Shown: one piece after another, positions 18,718 through 31,674 of the stretch
Position numbering within the stretch: the first letter of the stretch is position 1
Layout: each line of letters begins with the position of its first letter
NCBI GenBank assembly: GCA_964016885.1
Contig: OZ024740.1
Span: 70,370,001-70,434,000, forward strand
DNA from: Eledone cirrhosa
Lineage: Eukaryota
Direction of reading: 5' to 3'
Length of the DNA: 64,000 bases
Made by a program: the position numbers and the translations under genes
The notes under the pieces: model-generated
Told to the model about the DNA's origin: nothing
The model's database searches: none
The model's input: the letters and a program-made list of their open reading frames with translations, nothing else

Positions 18718-19096
<379 letters not shown>

Positions 19097-19126
19097 GTAG
19101 AACACGTCTTTCAGCTTTAGCAGAAC

Positions 19127-19165
19127 TCGAGTTGAAAATCCGCAAGGTGAAACACGTGTCCTCGA
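19127..19165 (+). ncRNA. Minimal hammerhead ribozyme, U3-A8 core variant
   Basis: TCGAG-TTGAAAA-TCC GCAA GGT-GAAA-CACGTG-TC-CTCGA: perfect 5-bp stem I, GNRA loop 2, palindromic loop 3, GUC site. Confidence 0.75.
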
Positions 19166-19213
19166 AGATGGTTTGGTAACTGTTATGCAACTAACATTAT
19201 ATATATATATATA

Positions 19214-19400
19214 GGGCGGTGGATTGGCAGTATCAGTAGAGGGTCGGACGCCATGCTTTCCAGCATAGTTACGTCCCTTTATGGTCTGAGTTCAAATCCC
19301 GCCGAGGTTGACTTTGCCTTTCATCCTTACGGGGTCGATAAAATAAAGTACCAGTGATGCACTGGGTAATTGCTGGCCTTGTGCCTAAAGTAGAAACAAT

Positions 19401-19402
<2 letters not shown>
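19214..19402 (+). mobile_element. Full-length SINE family A (~190 bp)
   Basis: GGGCGGTGGATTGGCAGTATCAGTAGAG (A box)...GAGTTCAAATCCC (B box)...central domain...GTAGAAACAATTA tail. Confidence 0.88.
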
Positions 19403-19472
<70 letters not shown>

Positions 19473-19771
19473 TGTATGAAGAGGGGGGGTGTATGTTTGT
19501 GTGTCATTGAATCGGGATACCTTCGTTTGTCTATTGTGTTACATTGTACATACAGCATAGAAAATCAACATCAACAAAAAGGAACTTTCTCCTAACTATG
19601 TCTACATTTTGAAAGGTTTCTTAAGAAAAGAAAAACAAACGAGAAAATGAAAAGCGCTAGGTATGATTATTACATCTCTATGAAAACGGGGCTAATCTTT
19701 TGATGTATGATATGAATGCGTGGAGTAAAAGATATTTTGGTTGAAAAATTTTTGTCACTAGTAAAAAGGAG

Positions 19772-19846
<75 letters not shown>

Positions 19847-20039
19847 TATATAAATATATGAAGGGAGGGAGTGAGAGGGGAGTATCTAACTGATTGTCTT
19901 GTCTATATCAGAGAAGAGCTGAACTAGATCTACTTATAAGACAAAGGTCAGGGTAGAAAATATAAGGTATAACGGTGTGTGTGTGTGTGTATAGAGTGAA
20001 AGCATTAATTTATTGCTTAAACATTTAATCAGTATTAAT

Positions 20040-20729
20040 AATGATTTCTACAACAGGCACAAGCCCAGCAATTTTAGGGGAGGAGAAAGTCGATTAAATT
20101 GACACCAATGCATTACTGGTACTTTATTTTATCGACCCCGTAAGGCAACTTCGTCGGGTTTTTTACTCAGAACATAAAGGGCTATAACTCTTTGTTACAA
20201 AGCTCTACCGATACTGCCAATCTGCCTTACTAAATAAAGTACCAGTAATGCACTAAGGTCGATTTAATCGACTTTCCCCTCCCCTAAATTGTTGGCCTTG
20301 TGTCTAAGTCAGAAACCATTATTATTATTATCTTTGCAGTATCGGTAGAACATTGAACACAATACTTTGTAGCACAGAGTTACGTCCCTTTACGTTTTGA
20401 GTTCAAAACTCGCCGAGGTCTGCTTTGCCTTTCATCCTTACGGGGGTCGATAAAATAAAGCACCGTTTACACACTGGGGTCGATTTTATTGACTTTTCCT
20501 TTCCCTTAAAACTGCTGGCCTTGTGCCAAATATAGAAACAATCATTATTATTACTAGGGTCAGACACCATGCTTTCCAGCATAGTTACGTCCCTTAACGA
20601 TCTGAGTTCAAATCCCGCCGAGGTTAACTTTGCTTTTCATCCTTACGGGGTCGATAAAATAAAGTACCAGTAATACACTGGGTAATTGCTGGCCTTGTGC
20701 TAAAAGTAGAAACAATTATTACTATATAT

Positions 20730-20761
<32 letters not shown>

Positions 20762-21303
20762 TTTACGTCCGCTTTTCCCTGCTTGCAAGCGTGAGAAGGG
20801 TCCTATTCAGCTCAGCATCTCCCCATTTGTCACAGTCCTGAGACAAAGAACTACAGCAATAATGGTTTCTTATATAGGTACAAGGCCAGCAATTTGGGGG
20901 GAGGGAAAGTCGATTAAATCGACCCAAGTCGTGACTGGTACTTTATGTTATCGACCCCGTAAGGATGAAAGACAAAGTTAACCTCGGCGGGATTTGAACT
21001 CACATCATAAGGGGCCTGAGTTCAAATCCCGCTGAAGTTAACTTTGCCTTTCATCCTTTTGGGTCGATAAAATAAAGTACCAGTCACACACTGGTGTCGA
21101 TTTAACCGACTTTTCCCTTCCCTTAAAATTGCTGGCCTTGCGCCAAATATAGAAACAATCATTATTATTACTATATATCATTCTGAGTTCAAATCCCGCC
21201 GAGGTTAACTTTGCCTTTCATCCTTACGGGGTCGATAAAATAAAGTACCAGTAATGTACTGGGTAATTGCTGGCCTTGTGCCAAAAGTAGAAACAATTAT
21301 TAT

Positions 21304-21305
<2 letters not shown>
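20040..21305. mobile_element. Cluster of ~7 SINE family A copies in both orientations
   Basis: Repeated GGTCGATAAAATAAAGTACCAG motif and its reverse complement. Confidence 0.85.
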
Positions 21306-21345
<40 letters not shown>

Positions 21346-21833
21346 AACAATAAATAATAAATATTTGATGACCATAGACAGTAATGGTGACTGAGAAATA
21401 TGCACAAACACAGAGACAAAGGACTATAGTAGTAATAAAAAGGGGTCGGATGTTTTAATGCTATGATCTCAGCAAAACAGATACAGCTTAAATAGAAATA
21501 GAGAACACATACATTAGCTGTCAACACTTGAATTAATCAACACATCCTAGATTTTACAGAATCCACCAATTAGAAAATAGATACCTATCGCACACGAAAA
21601 CAAAAAGAAGAAAGAAAAAACTATTGGTGAGTCATATGTTCAATGGACATTCCGAAACATGAAAGAGATTGCCTGTAGCATATCAACTCCTTAACATAAT
21701 TGTGTTAACATCTGATAATGTCACGCCAGTGTCACTTGATGTTGTAATGATTGCGTAACAGCTGCATGTGTGTCTCACTGAAATACGTATTATACAATAA
21801 ACGTTAATTCATACATACATACGTAGATATATG

Positions 21834-21880
<47 letters not shown>

Positions 21881-22452
21881 GTTAGAAACTCAGAGTAGTC
21901 TCTTACAATTAAATAGCTCTAAGAAAAAAGCTTTTCCGAGCCGTGTAATATAATTGAGTAAACAAGAGAGATGAACACGAATACCAGGCGATTGCCCGAT
22001 ATAGGTCAGTTATTTTTCTTAATTTACTACTTAAAATTAAGTCTGACAAACCATATTGCTGTAGTTAGTATTTTTTCACCCTAGCTAACCTAGTCCTTAC
22101 GATTCGAACACATGTATGTTTATGTTGGTGTTCATCTCTCTTGTTTACTCAATTATATATATATATGTATATATAATTGGTGTTGGATGCTTAAAACGTC
22201 CTATGCGGTAGGCCGTATGAGCACTCGATGCTCTCATGAAGCAGAGTATGATATCACAGATATCACGCATAGGAAAATCTGCTTCGTAGAATCAAGACGT
22301 ATCTGAGGACCTTGCGATCAGGTTCGATCATCACATCGATTGTGCTTCGAGCTGGTCGCCTTGTGCTTCGAGCTGGTTGCCAGAGAAACGATTGTAATAT
22401 ATCCAATAAATTCCATTCGTCGCAACACTGATTCTCTTTTTTTCTGTGATGT

Positions 22453-22512
<60 letters not shown>

Positions 22513-22527
22513 TGTATATTATATTCT

Positions 22528-22607
<80 letters not shown>

Positions 22608-23041
22608 TGGCTGCCAACTCGTTTTCGAGTACGGCCACTACTTTATATCCATGTAGGAGAACCCCTACCGATGCGCTGTACGAGTGTGACTTTTTAATCC
22701 AGCCTGCAACATGAAAACTCTGGTACAAACACTACACTTGTGACAATTATTGACACATAGTGCTGGGCCCATGGTACCATGTGACGACAAGTGCAGAAAG
22801 ATCTCCAGATATAAAGCAATGCCTGTGCCGTAAAGCTTTTATAGTGAGCAAAGGCACTGCACAAAGCCAGTCCCACTCTCTTAACCAAGATGATATTTAC
22901 CAAAAAGAAGAACAAGTCAACATCATTGGATACCATCAGGGTTGCAGGTGTTATATCAGAGTTTTCCTTCTCCTAGAATTCTGCCTTGACAAAGGCTAAG
23001 GGGTCATCTCTCCCGGACAAAGGCTAAGGGGTCATCTCTCC

Positions 23042-23094
<53 letters not shown>

Positions 23095-23163
23095 TATGAA
23101 GAGAGAAGAAACATTTAGATATAATTAGTAATAAAATGTATCATACCTAAACTGCTCCTAGAT

Positions 23164-23253
23164 TCCTCGACTACGTAGTTTCGTGGCATAAACAAAAACA
23201 ATACATCATAAAGATATAGAGTCCTTGCGAGGTCTGCCGACTTATCAAGAGGA
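23164..23253 (-). ncRNA. Hammerhead ribozyme, U3-A8 variant with extended stem-loop II
   Basis: Minus strand TCCTC-TTGATAA-GTCGGCA...TGCCAC-GAAA-CTACGTAG-TC-GAGGA: perfect 5-bp stem I, 8-nt palindromic loop 3, GUC site. Confidence 0.7.
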
Positions 23254-23674
23254 TACCTCATTTTACTAGTCTCAAGAACGCGTCTACACGACGTGAGAAA
23301 GAATCCCAAAAGGCGGAGGGGGAGATAGTCACGCGATATAACGGTCGAGAAACAGAGCTAATATATGTACATCACAGAAAAAAACCTATATCTATTGCAT
23401 ATTGAATGCTCTTCGCGTTGAAAATGGACGTGTGTATACAGAGGGCACGCTGGCTTGTTGGATGGATGGACGGACGGATGAGCAAAATGATGCGATATCA
23501 CTATACAGACAAACAGAGGAAACTGCAGCCAGGTAAAGAAAAATATAAGTAAAAGTATACTATGAGAAGTGAAACTGAATGAGGATTGTGTGCTTATGTT
23601 AAGTTTGTCAACTGTTGTCTGACGATATTCAACCAGTTTGTGTCTCCCTGAAACTAAGAGCAACATGCATGGAT

Positions 23675-23714
<40 letters not shown>

Positions 23715-23899
23715 AGAGTGTGTGTGTGAGTGTGTGTGCGTGTGTGTGCGTGTCTGTGTGTGTGCATATATATATATATATATGTGTGTGTATGTGTGTG
23801 TGTGTGTATGTATGTATAAAGTTATATTTGGGGAAGGCCATGTTCTAATATTGCCAGGAAATAAATATATATAATAACCATTGTATATATATATGTGTG

Positions 23900-23977
<78 letters not shown>

Positions 23978-24103
23978 GTAGGAGGTGAGTTTTATTGTAG
24001 TACAATAAAGCAATGCAGATATCGGATAAGAAACACTCTACAGTTTGTAGGACTGGAGTATACATAATATAAGATCAAAAGAAGGTTAAAGGAGTTCCAT
24101 GTA

Positions 24104-24170
24104 TTTTATTATGCGCATTTCAAAAACAAACATCATCATGCAATAATATTTGTGTTTTCATCAGATAAAA
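24104..24170 (-). ncRNA. Hammerhead ribozyme (left arm of palindrome)
   Basis: Reverse complement of 24284-24350. Confidence 0.8.
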
Positions 24171-24283
24171 CAGGAGAACATGATATGAAGGCTAAAAAAC
24201 ACTTGTGGATAGTGCAGTTGATATGTTGATTTAAAACTGCACTATCCACAAGTGTTTTTTAGCCTTCATATCATGTTCTCCTG

Positions 24284-24350
24284 TTTTATCTGATGAAAAC
24301 ACAAATATTATTGCATGATGATGTTTGTTTTTGAAATGCGCATAATAAAA
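24284..24350 (+). ncRNA. Hammerhead ribozyme (right arm of palindrome)
   Basis: TTTTAT-CTGATGA-AAACACAAATATTATTGCATGATGATGTTTGTTTTT-GAAA-TGCGCA-TA-ATAAAA: 6-bp stem I, palindromic TGCGCA. Confidence 0.8.
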
Positions 24351-24382
24351 TACATGGAACTCCTTTAACCATCTTTTGATCT

Positions 24383-24460
<78 letters not shown>

Positions 24461-25033
24461 CTATATAATATACATTATATTGAATGCTCTTCAATAACGT
24501 GAAAATGTACGTGTGTATAGAGACGGTCGGACGAATGGGTGTCTGAGCAATAAGATACAATACTACCTTATAGACAAGTATTCGAAAGTGCAGCTAGGAA
24601 AAGAAAAGAAAATAAAATAAAATAAAATAAAATAAATAATAAAACTAAAAAAAAAAAATGAATGAAGATTTTGTGTTTATGTAAAAGAGGAGCTGATTTA
24701 TTGTTTTGTGAAAAGATTAAGATAAATTGGTTTGTTTTCTGGAAGAAATGAAAGAAAAAGAAAACATCATTTACTTCTTTATTTACTTATTTAGCTATTC
24801 GTTATATCTTTCTTTTCCTTCGTTTTCTTTCTAATTGTTTATTGTTGTTATTGCGCTAGTTATGATTGTTATTGTTGTATTTCTTGTTAAGGTTGTTGTT
24901 GAGACCAGTGCCAACACACTCAAGTGAGTGAAGTTTAAGTAGTTAAAAGCCATGAAGGCGGAGATTTATATGACATGTGAGTAGAGGCACTGGCAAGGTT
25001 TCTATAAATGGTTGTAGTGTCAACTCAGAAGGA

Positions 25034-25121
<88 letters not shown>

Positions 25122-25794
25122 ATATGTACATATATATATATATATGTACATATATATACATATATATATATACATACATACATATACACACACACAAACA
25201 TATATATATGTATATATATATACGCACACAAACATACATGTACATGTATACATACACATACAAACACATACACACACATATTAAGCCTTCTCAGGTTTTG
25301 TCTCCACAACGAAGGAAAAAACACTTGTAGCCTTTATTGAACAACTACTTGGTGAGGGTAGTGACGCCGAAGAAGATGGTGGTGATGTTGGTGTTGGAGA
25401 GGAGGACGAGACGATACGGAGGAAGAGTTTCACTTGATACAGCCTTGTTACAAAAAACTAAAACCCGATTATTAAACATTTTTCAAAAAAACATTTTCTC
25501 ACTACTTGATAAGAGTCAAATATAAGCATATAAAATAGACGTTTTTTTTTTTTTCCAATTTTGTTTTGTTATTTTCTGACAAGAGATTTGATCTTAAATC
25601 GTCTGATGAAACAGATAGTGTTGTATATTTTGACACAGTCATAATGGGTATTTATTGTTTGTTTAGTATCAAGTGTATTTCCAAATTCAAATGAAATCTA
25701 CAACCAGCCGTCTTACACACTGGTACTTTTTCTTACTTTATCTATCTTGGTTTCTCACGTTCTTTATCGATTTACATCTCTCTCTCACTCTCTC

Positions 25795-25831
<37 letters not shown>

Positions 25832-25832
25832 G

Positions 25833-25865
<33 letters not shown>

Positions 25866-26917
25866 ACGTAAATATATATATATCTATAAATCAGGATAGA
25901 ACGGGTTTAAAACTAGCTACACCGTTACTTAACAGAATACTCTTAATTTTGTGTAGTAGAGTTGCTATATTATAAAGAGTAGGTACCCGACTGCTGAGCT
26001 CTTGCCGTTACAACAGCTAGTTCCAGACTTTATATATATATATATATATAGACATACATACACAGCCGCAATCTTCGATGTCGAAACCGTAGATGTTCGA
26101 AATAGACAGCTAATAACCAAGCAATGTTATGCTTTCTTTTCCAATCATTGCTTTTACTCTCAATGTACTATTTTTCCTTATACCATTTTTATGTACTTTG
26201 TAGGTTTACACCGTCTCTGTGTTCTTTTAAATCTATCTGTTATTGCCATCGTTTTACCGTCTCTGTACTTTTAGCAATTCACATACACACACATAAACAC
26301 ATATTGTAGGTTTAATTCCCCCGTGAACCATTTCATTTGCGTTCCACAATCTGAAATTTCGTCTGTAAGGAGCAGCTGGTAAGCAACCAGTTGCCAGCAA
26401 ACAAGGTCAAGACGCAATACAGTTTCTATTCTCAGTAAGTTTTATTTTACTAATTCTGAAAGTCTGACTCTAAAGAATGGTTAGCACCCCGTTTCCGGCA
26501 AACGATATCTGAGTGGCGAATTTAGAGAGGGGCGGGTTGACTGGTCTATAACCACGAGTGCTATAGTATTTAAACGACCCCAAATTAATGTTTTGCCACC
26601 GTAAATAATACGTGCTGGTTTCTGGGTTTCACATGTCAGATACGTTCTTGGCATATTGCCTCGAATCAAAGCTTGTATACTGATGATCCAATGAATGATT
26701 AATTGCAGATTACAGGATAAAAGAACTTTAACTCCTGCTACGTCATGTCAGCTGAACTTGTAAAATCGAATGGGAGAATGAATGAACGGATGAAAGCAAG
26801 ATATATGTATTGTGTTTGATTATCTTTATCAGTGTTGAGTTAAACTTTTCTCGATGAAATATAGACTTACTTACACGATACATGAATTTATTCATACAAT
26901 CTCATACGGACGCACAT

Positions 26918-26949
<32 letters not shown>

Positions 26950-27133
26950 GTGTGTGTGTGTGTGTAGAGCGTGGTCTAGTGGTTAGGCTGTTGGATATAC
27001 AATCGTAAGGCCATGGGTTGAATTCATGAACCGAACAAGGCGCTTTATTTCACGTTTCTTTTCTGGGTGAGAATTAGGGTCTTATTATTAAAACACGCAA
27101 GAAACCTATGGGAATTTGATTTCATTTCATTAG

Positions 27134-27172
<39 letters not shown>

Positions 27173-27182
27173 ATAATGATAA

Positions 27183-27371
27183 TAATTGTTTCTACTTTTG
27201 GCACAAGGCAGCAATTATCCTAGTGTATTACTGGTACTTTATTTTATCGACCCCGTAAGGATGAAAAGCAAAGTTAACCTCGGCGGGATTTGAACTCAGT
27301 CCGTAAAGGGACGTAACTGTGCTGCAAAGCATGGCGCCCGACCCTCTACCGATACTGCCAATTCACCGCCC
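27183..27371 (-). mobile_element. Full-length SINE family A
   Basis: Reverse complement of the consensus. Confidence 0.88.
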
Positions 27372-27397
27372 TCAATAATAATGATTATAATAATTAT

Positions 27398-28270
27398 CAT
27401 TCAATCACAAAAGAAAGTAGGAAATTTGCGGAAGAACTGGGAATGCAGTTTGAATATAATGGCGATTCTGCAATTAAAGCCGTAAAGAATACCAAAATGT
27501 TGGCAAAACTGTGAAACTGTGCACTAAATGGGAACAAAAACCACTGCATGGGCAGTATGTTCTCCGTAGCACAGAATGCGATGTATATTATGGTCTCACC
27601 CATCAATGACTGCGGAATTCTGCGCTAAAAGCAGAGAGTGAGAACTCCATTTTGACTGCCCAAGACCAGTGTCTCCCAACGCACAACTTTCAAGCCAATG
27701 TGATCAGAAATTGAATCGACCAAAAATGTCGATTCTGTGATGATCATGTTGCGACCATAGACCACCTGGTTTCAGACTGCAAGGTATTAGCTTCTCAGTA
27801 ATATAAAATGAGGCATGGTAGAGGGGGCCAATACTTAGTGTGGGTAATGTGCAGTTTTTATGGTCTGAAATCGGAGGGAAAATGGTAGAAACATCACCCA
27901 TATGCAGTAACAGGAGGCGAGAACGTAACAATCCTCTGAGATTTCCTGTGAATACTGACAGATCAATCAAGGCCAATAGACGTGATATAATTGTGAAGGA
28001 CCATAAGGAGAAAGCATGTTTCTTAATTGATCATAACATCTCTTCGAAAGAGTTCGGAAAGTTCAGCAAGTATAAAGATCAATCAATCGAAATTGAGAAA
28101 ATGTGGCATCTTATGGCCCGTATGATACCAGTGATAGCCGGCACACTTAGAATGATAAAAAAGGGTACTGAAAAATATTTGGAACGGATACCGGGAAAGC
28201 TATCGATATAAGAGATACAGAAATAGTACTGAATGGCACTGTCTATGTTCTGTGACGGGCATTGTTAATT
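27398..28270 (+). mobile_element. Degenerate 3' fragment of an R4/Dong-clade non-LTR retrotransposon (CCHC knuckle + restriction-like endonuclease)
   Basis: Broken frames give WEQKPLHGQY, TAQDQCLPT, KCRFCD..TIDHLVSDC and ANRRDIIVKD..FLID..KFSKYKD..IE.EKMW..IPVIAGTL, a decayed RPD..D..K..KY motif. 5' flank is (TAA)-like. Confidence 0.8.
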
Positions 28271-28750
28271 TTAAAACCTTGCAGAGACATTTAGTGTGGC
28301 ATGTGCCCTTGTGACATCGTTAGTATGACAATTGATTGTAAAATGTGTGAATTATCAAATTTTGCCTCAGGTGCCAGCTTCAACCTCAACATGATTTGGG
28401 AAAGAAGCAGAATTCAAAGGAAGTTTCAAATTATATGTTCTTTATTGGCTACAAATACCGACATATAGGGACAATAAAAAACAGGAACAGTGGGGGATTT
28501 ACAAAAAAAATCGAGTACAAAATGATAACAAATGACAGTAAAGAATACGATTATAACAATAGGGGGAAGTACCACGCAGGGGTGACTCAGAAACCTCACC
28601 AATCATACCCTACACTCCAAGAGAATCCTATGAGGGCGTCCCTCTCTTCGATAAACACTCCAGGCTATAGGCGCATGGTCGGAGTAGACTCAATAACGTG
28701 GGCCTTCCTCACTACATGCACCCATTGCATCTTTTATTTCTCATTCTATC

Positions 28751-28782
28751 TTCTGATGAAAGACTAGTGTCCGAAACGTTAA
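28751..28782 (+). ncRNA. Minimal hammerhead ribozyme, slightly decayed, in a probable PLE 3' end
   Basis: CTGATGA-AAGAC TAGT GTCC-GAAA-CG-TT; same architecture as the 5608 HHR. Confidence 0.65.
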
Positions 28783-29117
28783 ACTATTTTCCTATTGTAT
28801 CAAGCCTTAAACTAATATATTTCTTCCTTGTACTGCGTTGTTTGCTTCGTTATTTCTGTTTAGTTAGCTCCACTACAAATTAGCAAACCATACATATATG
28901 ACAACGTACACACTTGCATTTAAAGACGGTCGCTCTCGCATTTCTAATCTCCCTGAAACATGGATAAGAGATTGCTGGATTGTCAGCCTGGCTTTATTAC
29001 TGAAATACAATCAAGCTATTGTATTAGTTACCGAACGGTACTTTGAAATTTGTTTCGTAGACGTAGGCCCCCCACCACTTCCTCCTCCTCTTCCTCATCC
29101 TCCTACCACTACTACTA

Positions 29118-29166
<49 letters not shown>

Positions 29167-29471
29167 GACTGCTGCTGCTGCTGCTGCTACTATTACTGTA
29201 AATCGAAGGTGGTGGAAACTTATCCAATGTTCCATTGATTTGTTTCCCCTTTCACTAAAGTTTCTCTATTGTTAGCATACATAAGAAGGGGAAAAAACGA
29301 AAACAAAACAAAAACCCATTTACAAAATCACCTCAGTCCAAATCCATTGAATATGTGCGTGTATATATATGTGTATATATATATGTGTGTGTTTGTCTGT
29401 GTGCATATATATACATACACACACACATATATATATACATACATATACATACATATATGTATATATATGTA

Positions 29472-29528
<57 letters not shown>

Positions 29529-29635
29529 TTATGTATATATGTACGTGAATATGTATATATATATATATATATACACATATGTATATATACATATATATAT
29601 GTGTATATATGTTTATACATATATATATAACTACA

Positions 29636-29672
<37 letters not shown>

Positions 29673-29728
29673 GTAAATATACATATATATATATGTGTAT
29701 ATATGTTTATACATATATATATAACTAC

Positions 29729-29761
<33 letters not shown>

Positions 29762-29827
29762 TGTAAATATACATATATATATGTGTATATATGTTTATAC
29801 ATATATATATAACTACATATATATATA

Positions 29828-29877
<50 letters not shown>

Positions 29878-30069
29878 GTGTGTGTATAATATAACACCAG
29901 TAGTCTCAGAGAAAACATATAAAAGTTGTTTGGCTTCTTGTATATTTACCTTGTAGCTTTTGTATTGTGTCGTAGCAGTTCTGTTTCTCCATGTTTATTT
30001 CCGAATTTTTGTTTTATCCAGAACAAGTTAGTGTTTTTTTTTTCTTTTTTAATATAACTGAACAGTGTT

Positions 30070-30070
30070 G

Positions 30071-30117
<47 letters not shown>

Positions 30118-30126
30118 GCGGAGGAA

Positions 30127-30163
<37 letters not shown>

Positions 30164-30454
30164 GCGGAGGAAGTGTGTGTGTGTGTGAGAGAGAGAGAGT
30201 GAGAGAGAGGCGGAGGAAGTGTGTGTGTGTGTGTGTGTGAGAGAGACACAGAGAGAGAGAGAGAGAGAGAGGCGGAGGAAGTGTGTGTATGTGTGTGTGT
30301 GAGAGGCGGAGGAAGTGTGTGTGTGCGTGAGAGAGAGATAGGCGAAGGAAGTGTGTGTGTGTGAGAGAGAGAGGGGCGGAGGAAGTGTGTGTGTGTGTGA
30401 GAGAGAGATAGGCGAAGGAAGTGTGTGTGTGTGAGAGAGAGAGAGGCGGAGGAA

Positions 30455-30488
<34 letters not shown>

Positions 30489-30558
30489 AAGATAGAGGCG
30501 GAGGAAGTGTGTGTGTGTGTGTATGTGAGAGAGAGAGAGAGAGAGAGAGGTGGAGGAA

Positions 30559-30593
<35 letters not shown>

Positions 30594-30610
30594 TGAGAGA
30601 GGCGGAGGAA

Positions 30611-30645
<35 letters not shown>

Positions 30646-30662
30646 TGAGAGAGGCGGAGGAA

Positions 30663-30726
<64 letters not shown>

Positions 30727-30732
30727 GAGGAA

Positions 30733-30772
<40 letters not shown>

Positions 30773-30816
30773 GGCAGAGGAAGTGTGTGTATGTGTGTGT
30801 GTTAGAGGCGGAGGAA

Positions 30817-30864
<48 letters not shown>

Positions 30865-31028
30865 GAGGAAGTGTGTGTATGTGTGTGTGTTAGAGGCGGA
30901 GGAAGTGTGTGTGTGTGTATGTGAGAGAGAGAGAGATAGAGGTGGAGGAAGTGTGTGTGTGTATGTGAGAGAGAGGTGGAGGAAGTGTGTGTGTGTGTGA
31001 GAGAGAGAGAGTGAGAGAGGCGGAGGAA

Positions 31029-31068
<40 letters not shown>

Positions 31069-31120
31069 CGGAGGAAATGTGTGTATGTGTGTGTGTTAGA
31101 GGCGGAGGAAGTGTGTGTGT
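30070..31120. repeat. Compound minisatellite (GA)n-GGCGGAGGAA-(GT)n, ~23 units
   Basis: Constant core separated by variable-length GT and GA tracts. Confidence 0.92.
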
Positions 31121-31322
31121 TTATTTTTTTATGTTTCCTTTGTTATTTTAATATATTTCTTTATTAATAACCTGTCCACATGGCGGTGCCGGTCTCAAGA
31201 ACGGCTGTGTGGATATGTTTAAGAAGTTCGCTTCCCAGCCAAGTGCTTCAGTCCGTACTGTGGGATGCAAAATGAATGTCATGTGTTTGAAATTTGGCAG
31301 ACGAAAACTGAGCTGAATTCTG

Positions 31323-31432
<110 letters not shown>

Positions 31433-31551
31433 CAGTATTTCACCCACCGGTATTTCACTAACAACTTATTAGACATGCGGCTCTAACAGGTAATGTTTCT
31501 TTTTGCCGTCTGTGTTGGGTTCTAAGTCATACACCTTCATACACATACACA

Positions 31552-31593
<42 letters not shown>

Positions 31594-31674
31594 ATAATAA
31601 TAAAATTGAAGACTAAAATCTAAAGAGGGCTCGATAAGGATAAATATATATCAAATATATAAGAACCGTAGAGC

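Larger units (their letters stand above)
24064..24390. repeat. Near-perfect 156-bp-arm inverted repeat (15-nt spacer) made of a pLTR-like HHR element
   Basis: 24064-24219 is the reverse complement of 24235-24390 with one mismatch seen. Confidence 0.92.

Noticed and set aside
19214-19305. tRNA gene (A and B boxes)
   Set aside because: No full cloverleaf; it is the head of a high-copy SINE.
21709-21794. CTGATAA...GAAA-TACGTA-TT possible HHR
   Set aside because: C3-A8 mismatch and weak stems I and II; at most a decayed relic.
30070-31120. CRISPR-like repeat-spacer array
   Set aside because: Spacers are only GT/GA tracts, the context is eukaryotic, and no cas genes are present.
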